From: Candidatus Micrarchaeota archaeon
GTDB lineage: Archaea; Micrarchaeota; Micrarchaeia; Anstonellales; Bilamarchaeaceae
Direction: 5' to 3'
Assembly (NCBI GenBank): GCA_018812715.1
Contig: JAHJCT010000017.1
Span: 204,019-268,018, forward strand
Length of the DNA stretch: 64,000 bases
Numbering within the stretch: the first letter of the stretch is position 1; every line of letters begins with the position of its first letter. Below, piece by piece: positions 52,148 to 62,529 of the stretch. Under the pieces are notes generated by a model, which ran no database searches, was not told where the DNA came from, and saw nothing but the letters and a program-made list of their open reading frames with translations. A program made the translations under genes and the position numbers.

Positions 52148-53647
52148 ATGGAACTTGGAACTATCATAGTTACAGATGGGACTCCTTCTACTACTGATTT
52201 TTCATTTGTCCTTAAAAATCCTGTAAAAAAAGGCCAGTATGTTCAAGTAAAAAACAATGATGATATTCTTTTTGGTTATATTTCTGAAATAACAAAAGCA
52301 AATAGATATTTTGAACGTGCTGAAAGCGTAGCAGAATTTGAAAAATATTCTGGCATGGAATCATTTCCTTCAAGTTCATGGGAATATGTGCTTGCAACTG
52401 TGAAAGTTCTTGGAGTTTTTAAGGATAACCAATTTCAAAGGGCATTCGTTCCACCATCTCCAGGGATCCAAGTATTCAATGCAGATAACAATGTTCTTCA
52501 CACTTTCTTAGGATTTGATAAAAACGGCCTTCATCTTGGCTCTATTGAACATCATGATGTTCCTGCAAAATTATCCATGACCAGGTTATTCCAGAAGCAC
52601 ATGGCCATTCTTGCAATGAGTGGTGCAGGAAAATCACATTTAGCAAGTGTGCTTCTCGAAGAAATACTTGAACGTAAAAAAGAGGATGGTCGTATTGCAG
52701 TTATCTTAATCGATATCCACGGAGAATATATAGGTTTTGCCCACGATCCAGTGTTTGGATCAAAAACTGAAGTAATTGATGGCAAAGATATCGCAATTCC
52801 ACTCAAGAAAATAAGTCCGGAACTTATCATGGGGTGGTTACCTAATCTTTCCTCACCCCAAAAGGATGTACTACGTCATGCACTTTTAACTCTGAAAAAA
52901 GAGAAAAAAGATGCTACAGGTTATAATTTCAAAGAACTTATAGAAAAAATCGATGCTTCTGATATTTCCAGAGATGAAGTAAAACGTGCACTTAAACGCA
53001 GCCTAAGCGAACTTAGAAGATACCGATTCGTCTCCAAAAAAACAGAAAAACCTCATCTACTATCAGATATTAAACCAGGAAAACTCATGATTCTTGATTT
53101 CAGCACAATAGATTCTCTTAGAAAAAAACAAATCTTAGTATCTCTAATAGCACGAAGACTTTTCAATCTCAGAAAGAAAAATAAAATTCCTCCATTTTTG
53201 CTTCTTATTGAAGAGGCCCATAATTTTGCAAGAGAAAAAGCCGAAGCCAGTGAGGCAGTCTCAAGAAGCATAATTGAAACAATTGCGCGTGAAGGGAGGA
53301 AATTTGGGGCATCACTATGCCTGATAAGCCAGAGACCAGTAAATCTTAGTACTACTGCCTTAAGTCAATGCAATACTCACATAATTCTCAGGGTTACAAA
53401 TCCAAATGATCTTGATCACATTCAAATGAGTTCGGAGGGGATAGATTCAAGAGTAGCAAGAAGTATAACTGGTCTTAAAGTAGGAGAAGCAATAGTAGTT
53501 GGGTCAGCTGTCAATTACCCTGTTTTTATCAGCGTAAGAGATAGAAAATCAGAAAAAAGAGAAAAAGGTGCACCTCTCCATACCCAAGCTATTGACTTCG
53601 AAGAAAAACAAGAAAAAAAGGAAAAGGCGGTTGAAGCCTTCATCTAA
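52148..53647 (+). CDS. HerA/DUF87-type P-loop ATPase
   Basis: N-terminal barrel (GTIIVTDGTPSTTDFSFVL), Walker A AMSGAGKSHLASVLLEE, Walker B LLLIEEAHNF, and FGASLCLISQRPVNLSTTALSQCNTHIILRVTNPND, characteristic of HerA/VirB4-like ATPases. No adjacent NurA, Mre11 or Rad50. Confidence 0.6.
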   Translation: MELGTIIVTDGTPSTTDFSFVLKNPVKKGQYVQVKNNDDILFGYISEITKANRYFERAESVAEFEKYSGMESFPSSSWEYVLATVKVLGVFKDNQFQRAFVPPSPGIQVFNADNNVLHTFLGFDKNGLHLGSIEHHDVPAKLSMTRLFQKHMAILAMSGAGKSHLASVLLEEILERKKEDGRIAVILIDIHGEYIGFAHDPVFGSKTEVIDGKDIAIPLKKISPELIMGWLPNLSSPQKDVLRHALLTLKKEKKDATGYNFKELIEKIDASDISRDEVKRALKRSLSELRRYRFVSKKTEKPHLLSDIKPGKLMILDFSTIDSLRKKQILVSLIARRLFNLRKKNKIPPFLLLIEEAHNFAREKAEASEAVSRSIIETIAREGRKFGASLCLISQRPVNLSTTALSQCNTHIILRVTNPNDLDHIQMSSEGIDSRVARSITGLKVGEAIVVGSAVNYPVFISVRDRKSEKREKGAPLHTQAIDFEEKQEKKEKAVEAFI

Positions 53648-53679
53648 CACTTTTTAATTCTTAATGCGGATATAGAATC

Positions 53680-54486
53680 ATGCTCAGAAGATTGTTCGTC
53701 GTATCTCTTATTTTGCTTTCATTAACGTTTTCCATCGCTATTGTTTCTCCAGTTAATGCTGATGTAGACGAAAGTGATATCATTGATCTTGGTATTATCG
53801 GTCCAGGCCAGACAATTTATGTACAAATTGATCCTATTGTTAGTAGCGGTGGAACCCACGGTATTGGGGGCACCTATGATATGGCTGTTGCAGAAAACCT
53901 TCCTGAAGGCTGGGAATCAAGTGAAAGTAAGCTCTACCAAAACCCTCTCCAGGTTACTATTACAGCCGATCCAGATACCCCTGAAGGCAATTATAGTGTA
54001 AGAATAAATGTCATTGACGAATTCAATGGTGAAAATCTTGGGAATGTTAGTTTTATCCTAAGGGTTCAAGTCACCTGGGATGTTCTAGATTTTGAAGTTA
54101 CTCCAATCAGCCAAACAGTTGGTCCTGGCCAACCTGCTGTTTTTGATATAACCATCAAAAATAAAGCATCCACAAGTGATGCCTTTCAAGTAAGTGCCGA
54201 AGGTGCTAGAAGATGGGAATTTACAAAGCCTGTTTTCGTACCTGCCAAAAGCTCAAGAACTATTTCTTACGAAATTGTAGGTACTGAAGAGGAGAATTAT
54301 GCTGCAACTATTAAAATTGTCTCTCTTGCAAGCAGCAACATTGCAGACGAAGAAAACGTAACTCTTTCTATTGAATCTAACCTGCTAGGTGATTATAAAG
54401 CAACAAACAATGGAGCCATTGTTTTCCCTATATTTGAGCTTCCTATTTATTCCTTAGCTGGTTTACTCTCCAACTTCTTCGGATAG
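53680..54486 (+). CDS. Secreted protein with Ig-like/CARDB-like beta-sandwich domains and C-terminal hydrophobic tail
   Basis: Signal peptide MLRRLFVVSLILLSLTFSIAIVSPVNA. Repeated beta-rich segments. Ends IVFPIFELPIYSLAGLLSNFFG. Confidence 0.5.
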   Translation: MLRRLFVVSLILLSLTFSIAIVSPVNADVDESDIIDLGIIGPGQTIYVQIDPIVSSGGTHGIGGTYDMAVAENLPEGWESSESKLYQNPLQVTITADPDTPEGNYSVRINVIDEFNGENLGNVSFILRVQVTWDVLDFEVTPISQTVGPGQPAVFDITIKNKASTSDAFQVSAEGARRWEFTKPVFVPAKSSRTISYEIVGTEEENYAATIKIVSLASSNIADEENVTLSIESNLLGDYKATNNGAIVFPIFELPIYSLAGLLSNFFG

Positions 54487-54519
54487 TTCTTTTAAATTAA
54501 ATCAAACAATCTATCCTCA

Positions 54520-56028
54520 ATGACGAGAAGAGAGGCTATAGATTATATCATAGACAGACTCATTGCTGGAGAGGAGGATCTAGGGCAAATAAAACGCGAA
54601 GCAGGAAACAAATTCAAGATCTCATCAATGATAACAAATCCAGAGATTCTTGCACAGTTTCCAGCTTCAAAACTCACTTCAAAAATAAAAGATATGCTGA
54701 TAAAAAAACCAACAAAAACCATCTCAGGAGTCACACCTGTTGCTGTAATGATAAAGCCTCAAGATTCTTGCAAATATGCCTGCATTTACTGCCCATTTAC
54801 AGGGCTTGCTGCAAAAAGTTATCTAGGTTATGAGCCTGCTGCTTTACGGGGAAGAAATTTCTCTTTTGATCCTTACATGCAAGTTTCAAGCAGAGCAGAG
54901 CAATTTGAAACGGGTGGCCATGCAACTGATAAATGCGAAGTCATAATCATGGGTGGCACATTCCTAGGTATGGACAAAAACTACAAAGAATATTTCATAA
55001 AAGGCGTTTATGAGGGCCTTAATGGAAAGAGATCTCATACGCTTCAGCATGCAATCAAAACAAATGAAACAGCAAAACACCGGGTAATTGGCCTTACAAT
55101 TGAAACCAGACCAGATATGTGCTCTCAATACATAGATGAAATGCTTTCTTATGGCGCTACGCGTGTAGAATTAGGAGTACAGCATGCTGATGATGAAATC
55201 TATAAAATCATAAATCGTGGGCATACAACTGCTGATGTCATAAGTGCAACAAGAGATCTGAAAGATGCAGCATTCAAGGTTCTTTATCACATCATGCCTG
55301 GCCTTCCTGGTTCTAATATGAAAAAAGATATTGCTTTTGTAAAAAAACTCTTTAATGATAAGAATTTCAGGCCAGACATGCTCAAGATATACCCTACTCT
55401 TGTTGTGGGTGGCACTGTCTTACAAAAATGGGCTGAAGAAGGTAAATACAATCCATACACTACAGAAGAGGCGGCAGAAGTAATCTCTGAATTCTACCGT
55501 TATATCCCCAAATATGTTAGGGTAATGCGCATCCAAAGAGACATTCCTGCTGGCAGAATAAATTCAGGTGTAAGAAAAAGTAATCTAAGAGAGCTTGTAG
55601 AAGCAAAACTTAGAGAAAAAGGCATCATTCCGCAGGAAATACGTTATAGGGAAGTAAAAAGAAAACACATCAAACTTGCTGATTTTGAACTAAAAAGATT
55701 AGATTACGAAGCAAGTCAAGGTAAGGAAATTTTCTTATCATATGAAAATGAAAATCTTATTGCAGGGTTTCTAAGATTAAGGTTTCCTCAAGAAACTTCA
55801 GTTGCATTTGTAAGAGAATTGCATGTTTACGGTTCTGAAGTTCCAATAAGTGGAAATGGGAAAGTCCAGCACAAAGGTTTTGGCTCAAAATTATTACAAG
55901 AAGCTGAAGAAATAGCAAAAGAAAATGGAAAAGAAAAAATGCTAATTATTAGCGGCGTGGGTGTAAGGCCATATTACTCAAAATACGGCTATTCATTTTC
56001 AGGATCTTACATGTGTAGGAACCTATGA
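54520..56028 (+). CDS. elp3: Elp3-like radical-SAM/acetyltransferase (tRNA wobble uridine modification)
   Basis: Radical SAM Cys cluster CKYACIYCPF. C-terminal GNAT region LHVYGSEVPISGNGKVQHKGFGSKLLQEAEEIAKENGKEKMLIISGVGVRPYYSKYGY matches the Elp3 HAT domain. Confidence 0.8.
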   Translation: MTRREAIDYIIDRLIAGEEDLGQIKREAGNKFKISSMITNPEILAQFPASKLTSKIKDMLIKKPTKTISGVTPVAVMIKPQDSCKYACIYCPFTGLAAKSYLGYEPAALRGRNFSFDPYMQVSSRAEQFETGGHATDKCEVIIMGGTFLGMDKNYKEYFIKGVYEGLNGKRSHTLQHAIKTNETAKHRVIGLTIETRPDMCSQYIDEMLSYGATRVELGVQHADDEIYKIINRGHTTADVISATRDLKDAAFKVLYHIMPGLPGSNMKKDIAFVKKLFNDKNFRPDMLKIYPTLVVGGTVLQKWAEEGKYNPYTTEEAAEVISEFYRYIPKYVRVMRIQRDIPAGRINSGVRKSNLRELVEAKLREKGIIPQEIRYREVKRKHIKLADFELKRLDYEASQGKEIFLSYENENLIAGFLRLRFPQETSVAFVRELHVYGSEVPISGNGKVQHKGFGSKLLQEAEEIAKENGKEKMLIISGVGVRPYYSKYGYSFSGSYMCRNL

Positions 56029-56030
56029 AA

Positions 56031-56456
56031 TCAGTCTGGAGGGCTGAAACACATTGATAAGAACATTCTTGAAAACATATAGTCATTTCTAATATCATCT
56101 CTTGTTTCCCATCCTTGAGAAAATGCATACCTTGCTTCATCTTTAAATGTTCTATACGCATCGAATACAAGTGTCATTATGGTGTGCACTTGGGCATCAA
56201 ATCCTTCGCGGTCACCACTTTCTCCATAAGTAGTTAAATCATCCATTGCATCACTGAGTGCATCTCTTTTATCTTGCAGTGATTGCGGAGGAGTCGAATA
56301 GTAACCTTGGGCAGTCGCCAATAAATTATCTGCAGAATTATACCAACAATATATGTTACCATATTTATTATTCATATAATCGTCTTCAAATAATGGCTTT
56401 GCAAATCCAACACTTGCAAGCAAAAGTATCCCTAAAATAATGAATTTTTTCATCAT
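56031..56456 (-). CDS. Small secreted protein downstream of surface-protein paralog B
   Basis: Signal peptide MMKKFIILGILLLASVGFA (start set at the internal Met). No family recognised. Its start abuts the 1189-aa gene stop. Confidence 0.45.
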   Translation of the reverse strand: MMKKFIILGILLLASVGFAKPLFEDDYMNNKYGNIYCWYNSADNLLATAQGYYSTPPQSLQDKRDALSDAMDDLTTYGESGDREGFDAQVHTIMTLVFDAYRTFKDEARYAFSQGWETRDDIRNDYMFSRMFLSMCFSPPD

Positions 56457-56458
56457 AC

Positions 56459-59400
56459 TCACCTCTTTTTTCCTCTTCTTGAAAGCACTAAGTATGCTAC
56501 TCCCACAACTACGGCCAATACTAAAAATAGTGTTATGCATGGGAACTCTTCTTCTTGTTGCGTTGCTTTATCTGTTTCAATACTTTCTTCAGGAGCAAGT
56601 GATTCTCCAATTGCACCCATTGCTTGTATTGCATATTCTTTTGCTGCTTTATAATCGCCAGCTTCAAATGCCTCTTCAGCCAGTGCATAATATTCCAGGG
56701 CAGCTGTAACATTTTTGCCAGCTTCCTCAGCAGCATTAATCGCAGCACTTGCATCATCAAGTGCATCTTGTGCTTCTTCCTGTGTTACCTCTTCAGGAGG
56801 TAATTCTTCAGGTGGTTGTTCCTCCTCAATTATACATCCATTACTGGTGCAAACTTCCCCTTCAGCACAATCTTCATCATTGCAGCATTCATATGGAACG
56901 CATTCATGATTCTGCACGACTCCACACTCACATTCAACAGCAACACAAGCTCCCCCAATACATTCTTTTGTTGTAGGACAATCCGAATTTTCTGTACAAC
57001 CTACTGGTTCTTCTTCACATAGTGTGTAATGGATCACATACGGATTAGCATAATCATACCCAGCTTTGCTCAGATAAGCTCTGTATGTAGCAGTTGCTGG
57101 CATATCAAACGTTATCTCCCCATTACTGTTGGTGTATTTTGTTGCTATTACTCCTACAAACGGAGTATATTGCGTGAGTTTTATCTCAACATTAGTTACG
57201 GGACTTCCACTGTTTGTTATAGTGAATTCAACACCATCACAATCTGTTTCTGTTGTTACGCTCAATTGTTTTAGAGCTTCATCACCGCCACTATCTGTGC
57301 TTCCACTTGCAGTATACCCTGAAAATCCAGCAACTTCAAATGTTGCTGTTCCTCCTGCACATGATGAAGAAGCTGGCGTGAATGTTGTTCCGCTTAGAAT
57401 ATCAAGTCTTGTCAATGGGAATCCTGCTGCTTCATAAAATACTAAATTGTCACAACCGCCTGCGTATACACTCACTTCAGCTCCGGTGTTTAGTTCGTCT
57501 ACATCTATGTCACTATCATTTAGAGAAACAAAATTGCGTTCTAGTAAAAGATTATCCTCATTTGCATCCGTACCGGTAAGCATTACTGTGGGCCATAGGA
57601 CACCTTGAGTTTCACTGTAACCCATCCAAAGATCAGTTGCAGATACTGTACCACGAACTATTATCCAAGAATCATCATTGCCATAAATCATGAAGTTGTC
57701 GAGTGTTACAATTCCGCCATTGGCACCAAATCCATAGACTCCTGTTGAATGATCGTGTGATGTACAGTCAGTAACTGTTGCACTGGTCCCCTCAAAGTAA
57801 TAACCCCGTGCTCCATCATTGTATGCTTCATCATCTACTAGTAATGCATTGTCACTATCTACAATAGAAAATCCTTCCCATTGATTATTGTAAGACATCG
57901 TTTCTGTGATGTTTGCGTTATCTACATCATAGAGATAAATCCCCCCCCAAGAGTCATAAACTTCCGTATCGTTTATTATAAGATTCTGAAAGCCATTTCC
58001 TTGTATCCCATATTGATTCCATCCATATCCGTTTGAGTATAACGTTTCTCTCTGGAGTTCATTATCGTATGAGTTTACCAACCAATAACCTGAGCCCCCA
58101 TTATCATAGATCGTATTCCCTGAGAAGTACCCGTCATCAGTAAATTGAAGGCGTAGTCCTCTGAAATCATTATCATAAATTTCGTTATCAGTTACTCTTA
58201 CATTATCAGCATTGTAAAGATATATCCCCTCATCACCGTTTTCAAATATATAATTTGGATCCATAACAGCAAAAGCAGAATCAGTAATATCTATCCCACT
58301 ACCATTATTATTTCCTATTTCATTATCATTGATGGTTACAAAATCAGTCGATACTATTGTTATTCCGCTGCCTATGCCAGTCACAAATCCGTTCCCTGAA
58401 ATATTATTATTGATTATATCACTTGTATCGCCATTGAAGATACGAATACCATCACCGCCATTGAAGATAATGTCGTTTTCTTCTATCAAACTTGGATATA
58501 CTTGAAGGAAATAAATACCGTTATCCGTACTACCTAATATTGTGTTATTCGTAACATTAATGTTTGTTGTTGGGTCGGCATACACTCCATAATAGTTGCC
58601 ACCTATTAAATTATCATGAATATCAATGGCATCAGAATCTTCGATGTATACACCTGCAGCCAAGAAATCATCATTTGAAGTAATACTATTGTCATATACT
58701 TCTACATTTGTTGCTTCTGTTATATACAAACCATTACTATTCCCCATAATATTATTTTCATATACTAAAGAATCATCACACCAAATATCAAGCCGTATTC
58801 CATCATCAGGATTATCATAGATATAATTATTGCTTATATTTACTCCATATGACCAGTATAAGTAAATACCATCATCACCGTTACCATAGATCGTATTATT
58901 AGTAATTATAGCATAATCTAGATACTCACCATATATTCCATCTTGTAATCCATTGTCGTGAATACTGTTGTTATCAAACACTAAGTCAGGATTACTACCC
59001 CAAGCAGATACATGTACCTCAATACCATTATTTGTATTATCATATACCTCATTATCTCGGAATGTTACTGTATCTAAATCATACGCCATTATTGCAAACA
59101 TATCATTCTGATAGACCTCATTATCCTCTATAAGTGCATCAGTTACCATTTCAAGATATAATCCAGCATAATCATTACCCTCTATAACATTAGATATAAC
59201 TTCCACACTACTTCCATCTTCAATATCAAGACCAACATAATTGTCAGTGAAATTATTATCAAAAATATAATCATCCGAACCAGCTAGATACACCCCCCAT
59301 ACAACATTGCCAGTAAACTCACTTCCCACTATATTTATATCGTCACCAGTGATGTATACCCCAGATCCATCATGATTCTCGAATGTAGAACTTTCTATTG

Positions 59401-60028
59401 TAACATTGTCAATCTGCGCAAGCTGAATTCCACCTAAAATATCTCTCGCAGCAATCCCAGATAGTGCTGTTCCTGGGGGGCTTACTCCAATAACACTACT
59501 AAACAACGTATTATTTACAATTAATCCGCTTGTTGGTACATTACTATAAGTTATTTGATCTCCATAGCCAGGAGAAAGACCAGTGTAATACAGTTCACTA
59601 TCTTCAATTGTTACGTTTGTTGCCCCATCTACAAAAATATTACCAACATCATTTCTTCCAACAGCCCATCCAAAGTCGTAAATATTACAGTTTCTAATAG
59701 TTACATTATCCATTCCTGGCGCTATATAAATTCCGATTTCCCCCATGCTTAGAGGGCCTAAACTGCTTCCATAAATGGGCATTGCATTACAGTCTATAAT
59801 CACATCAGAAGTCCAAACCTCCATACATGTGCGGCCAACTGGACTACCAGAAAAAGTTCCATCATATGACATTGGTAGTCCGTTACCTATGTACTCTCCA
59901 GGAGTAACTATCAGTATAGTTCCTGTTGGAGCACCACAATCAAGTCCCGTGCCAGGACCAAATGCTGTTAGAGCAAAACTCAAACCACCAATTAAGAAAA
60001 GTATCAGAATAATGATGTTGGCTTTCAT
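56459..60028 (-). CDS. Surface (S-layer-like) protein paralog B, 1189 aa: signal peptide, long parallel beta-helix repeat region, Cys-rich module, acidic linker, C-terminal TM anchor
   Basis: MKANIIILILFLIGGLSFALTAF signal. More than 15 PbH1-type repeats (NNTIYGNGDDGIYLY..., ISNNYIYDNPDDGIRL..., NNEIGNNNGSGIDIT...). Cys-rich CECGVVQNHECVPYECCNDEDCAEGEVCTSNGC. Ends FPCITLFLVLAVVVGVAYLVLSRRGKKR. Confidence 0.8.
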   Translation of the reverse strand: MKANIIILILFLIGGLSFALTAFGPGTGLDCGAPTGTILIVTPGEYIGNGLPMSYDGTFSGSPVGRTCMEVWTSDVIIDCNAMPIYGSSLGPLSMGEIGIYIAPGMDNVTIRNCNIYDFGWAVGRNDVGNIFVDGATNVTIEDSELYYTGLSPGYGDQITYSNVPTSGLIVNNTLFSSVIGVSPPGTALSGIAARDILGGIQLAQIDNVTIESSTFENHDGSGVYITGDDINIVGSEFTGNVVWGVYLAGSDDYIFDNNFTDNYVGLDIEDGSSVEVISNVIEGNDYAGLYLEMVTDALIEDNEVYQNDMFAIMAYDLDTVTFRDNEVYDNTNNGIEVHVSAWGSNPDLVFDNNSIHDNGLQDGIYGEYLDYAIITNNTIYGNGDDGIYLYWSYGVNISNNYIYDNPDDGIRLDIWCDDSLVYENNIMGNSNGLYITEATNVEVYDNSITSNDDFLAAGVYIEDSDAIDIHDNLIGGNYYGVYADPTTNINVTNNTILGSTDNGIYFLQVYPSLIEENDIIFNGGDGIRIFNGDTSDIINNNISGNGFVTGIGSGITIVSTDFVTINDNEIGNNNGSGIDITDSAFAVMDPNYIFENGDEGIYLYNADNVRVTDNEIYDNDFRGLRLQFTDDGYFSGNTIYDNGGSGYWLVNSYDNELQRETLYSNGYGWNQYGIQGNGFQNLIINDTEVYDSWGGIYLYDVDNANITETMSYNNQWEGFSIVDSDNALLVDDEAYNDGARGYYFEGTSATVTDCTSHDHSTGVYGFGANGGIVTLDNFMIYGNDDSWIIVRGTVSATDLWMGYSETQGVLWPTVMLTGTDANEDNLLLERNFVSLNDSDIDVDELNTGAEVSVYAGGCDNLVFYEAAGFPLTRLDILSGTTFTPASSSCAGGTATFEVAGFSGYTASGSTDSGGDEALKQLSVTTETDCDGVEFTITNSGSPVTNVEIKLTQYTPFVGVIATKYTNSNGEITFDMPATATYRAYLSKAGYDYANPYVIHYTLCEEEPVGCTENSDCPTTKECIGGACVAVECECGVVQNHECVPYECCNDEDCAEGEVCTSNGCIIEEEQPPEELPPEEVTQEEAQDALDDASAAINAAEEAGKNVTAALEYYALAEEAFEAGDYKAAKEYAIQAMGAIGESLAPEESIETDKATQQEEEFPCITLFLVLAVVVGVAYLVLSRRGKKR

Positions 60029-60061
60029 GCCTTAGTAACTAACTTAAGTTTTTTAAATCTC

Positions 60062-60853
60062 TCAGACATTCACTGAAAGCCTTTCCTCATCATTAAATTC
60101 CTTAAGTAATTCATCCTGCTCTTTCAATAGATTAAGGTAAGCGCCTTGGAATTCTTCAAAGTCTTTTTCTTCTTCTTCACTGAATTTTTTTACATACCGC
60201 ACTGCATTCATAAGCTGGATCTTTGTATTAACTTCCTTCATTTTCTCAAGATTCTCTCTTAGCTTCTCTTTTGTATTTAGGTCTACCCAAACACTTTTAG
60301 TGGCCAGTTCTATACATTCTTCGTTCTTACTGTCATTAGGGACAAGCATTCCCTCTTGAATATCGCAGCCTATCCCACATCTTCTCATAAATCTAACTAA
60401 ATTCTTTGCAACTTTTTCTTCAAGAGTTATTGAAATATTGTTCTCTACAGCCCCTAATTTCACTGCATCCGAAACTGCTGTTTTTTCATCTTTCAGCATT
60501 GAAATAATTACAGAAAGCTTTGCAATTTCAAGGCGGTTTTTGTAATTTTTCTTTATTATTTCCCCTCGTTCACAAAGTATATCAAATGCCTCGCCAGTTT
60601 TATTAGTAATCCCATCTTTGATTTCTTCTGCTGAAAATTCGCTTAGTTTCCCAGTCATATCATCTAATTTATTCTGATTAGGACAAACAATCTCTACTTT
60701 TGCCGTTTTTCTTTGCAATTCAGTTACTCTTTGATTAATGATCTCTAATTCTTCATCACACTCTCCATCTAATATCGCTTTCTTGAACTCAAACTCTGCC
60801 TTTTTTTTGTTTAGCTCTATTAGGTTTGCGATATCCTTTACGTTGATTTCCAT
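60062..60853 (-). CDS. Hypothetical coiled-coil protein (263 aa)
   Basis: K/E-rich helical ORF. Its 5' end overlaps the upstream Lon-like gene by about 65 nt, so the real start may be a downstream Met. Confidence 0.4.
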   Translation of the reverse strand: MEINVKDIANLIELNKKKAEFEFKKAILDGECDEELEIINQRVTELQRKTAKVEIVCPNQNKLDDMTGKLSEFSAEEIKDGITNKTGEAFDILCERGEIIKKNYKNRLEIAKLSVIISMLKDEKTAVSDAVKLGAVENNISITLEEKVAKNLVRFMRRCGIGCDIQEGMLVPNDSKNEECIELATKSVWVDLNTKEKLRENLEKMKEVNTKIQLMNAVRYVKKFSEEEEKDFEEFQGAYLNLLKEQDELLKEFNDEERLSVNV

Positions 60854-62477
60854 ATGTTCTCATTATTAGAACGATGATAATAAATAAAAATAGTAATACC
60901 ACTACACCAGCAAGAAATACAACATCAACACTCTCTTCTTCTGTCTTCTCAACTACTAATTCTGCCTTCATTTCTTCTGTTGCCTGTTCCAATCCTTTAG
61001 CAAACTTAATTGTTCTATATGCTGCATCGTATTCATTCATTTCATAAAGAAAAACGGCATGGGAGTGGTATATCTCCCCCCAAAGCGAATCGTATTCTTC
61101 CTCTAAAAGCGGTTCAATATCATCCATTTCTCCACTTAAGATCTCAGCATCTGCTTCTTCCATTGCTATTACATAGACTGCATCAAATATTGCTGCTCCA
61201 TAATTGCCCTGTTCATATGATTTTTCTGCAATAGCCAATCTATTTTGTGTATCTAATGCTGTTATCCCAACCTCGCTGGCTTCTGCAATTTTGTCCTCTG
61301 CTAATCCCTCCCAACTGCTTTCATTTATGGCATTTCCTCCTTCTGGTGCTGCTGCAGTAAGTTCTTTTGCAACATTGCACCAAGCTTTTGCATATAATAA
61401 CTCATGGTATACTACAAATTCTTCATCTGTTAGAAGATCATCTAGTGTATTAGTTTTATTCCATCTATCATATGCCCACGCCTGCCTTAAATCTGAGCCA
61501 ACTACCCACTCAAAATTTTCATTTGTTACATTTGGTCGAGTTATTCCAGTAAGGCAAATTCCTATTTCCCCTTTCTTGCGTGATAAATCTGCTTTTCCTT
61601 TTATGATAGCTGCAACTGTTGAAATGTCCATATAATTAAGAAATGCCTCATTTGCCGCACTGAAAACATAGCCATCATCCATCAGGCTTTCTTGTCTTTG
61701 TATCTCATTCTCAAAAAATTCCTTTATCGCAGTAGTTTCATTATCCTCTACACTGATCGATACAAGCACCTCTTCCTCAAAATAGACCATTTTCTCAGCT
61801 ATAGGAATAAATGCCTCTAATTTTGAAGTATCATAGGCAGGAAGTTCAGGTATCTCACGCTTTTTTGCACTAAATGGTTCCTGTACTATTGTTTCATTAT
61901 CCATCATGAATCCTATAACATCTTCAATCCGATCTACTTCAAGTACTGTAATCTTGTCCTCAAGATTTTTCAGAAGAAGTGTTTCATATAAATTGCCCTG
62001 TGGCGCTATGAAGTATGTTGCGCCCTTTGCAGCTGCACCTTTTACCTTTTCATAAACGCCACCAACAGCGCCGACGTTTCCCCCGCCATCTATACTTCCA
62101 GTTATTATTGTATCATTTCTCATGGTTTTATTTTCTAATAAGGCATATGCCATTACAGTAAATGCGGCCCCTCCACTCGGCCCTTCAATATAACTGGTTG
62201 GATAATCATGGCCAAATGTAAATAAGATGCTACATCTTGTCTGTTTTCCTGATAATAAATAGGCGTAACTTACAGCTTCAATTATTGATTGTTGTGTCAT
62301 CAGACCTGTTGTTGGATATACTGTTGAATATACATTTCCATTTCCGGGTATTAACTCCACACTTACATTTATGAGTCCGCCATCAGTACCTATTACTGCT
62401 GGGACATACTGTGATATTTCACCTTCACATGCAAACGATAATGTGGCAAAAACTAACAGGAGGAAAACAATTCTCAT
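60789..62477 (-). CDS. Secreted, membrane-anchored Lon-like S16 peptidase domain protein without AAA module
   Basis: Signal peptide MRIVFLLLVFATLSFA. IEGPSGGAAFTVMAYALL...ITGSIDGGGNVGAVGGVYEKVKGAAAKGATYFIAP aligns with the Lon proteolytic domain (Ser in PSGG, Lys in EKVKG). TPR-like helical C-terminal part, then a TM helix VVFLAGVVVLLFLFIIIVLI and a basic tail. Confidence 0.6.
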   Translation of the reverse strand: MRIVFLLLVFATLSFACEGEISQYVPAVIGTDGGLINVSVELIPGNGNVYSTVYPTTGLMTQQSIIEAVSYAYLLSGKQTRCSILFTFGHDYPTSYIEGPSGGAAFTVMAYALLENKTMRNDTIITGSIDGGGNVGAVGGVYEKVKGAAAKGATYFIAPQGNLYETLLLKNLEDKITVLEVDRIEDVIGFMMDNETIVQEPFSAKKREIPELPAYDTSKLEAFIPIAEKMVYFEEEVLVSISVEDNETTAIKEFFENEIQRQESLMDDGYVFSAANEAFLNYMDISTVAAIIKGKADLSRKKGEIGICLTGITRPNVTNENFEWVVGSDLRQAWAYDRWNKTNTLDDLLTDEEFVVYHELLYAKAWCNVAKELTAAAPEGGNAINESSWEGLAEDKIAEASEVGITALDTQNRLAIAEKSYEQGNYGAAIFDAVYVIAMEEADAEILSGEMDDIEPLLEEEYDSLWGEIYHSHAVFLYEMNEYDAAYRTIKFAKGLEQATEEMKAELVVEKTEEESVDVVFLAGVVVLLFLFIIIVLIMRTYGNQRKGYRKPNRAKQKKGRV

Positions 62478-62529
62478 GAATTTTTCACTCGTGTTATATT
62501 AATAAACATGTTCATTAACAATAATTCTA

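Noticed and set aside
56533-56976. Small ORFs overlapping the 3' end of the 1189-aa surface protein gene on both strands
   Set aside because: They are embedded in the acidic-linker and Cys-rich coding region of a strongly supported gene. Composition-driven artefacts.
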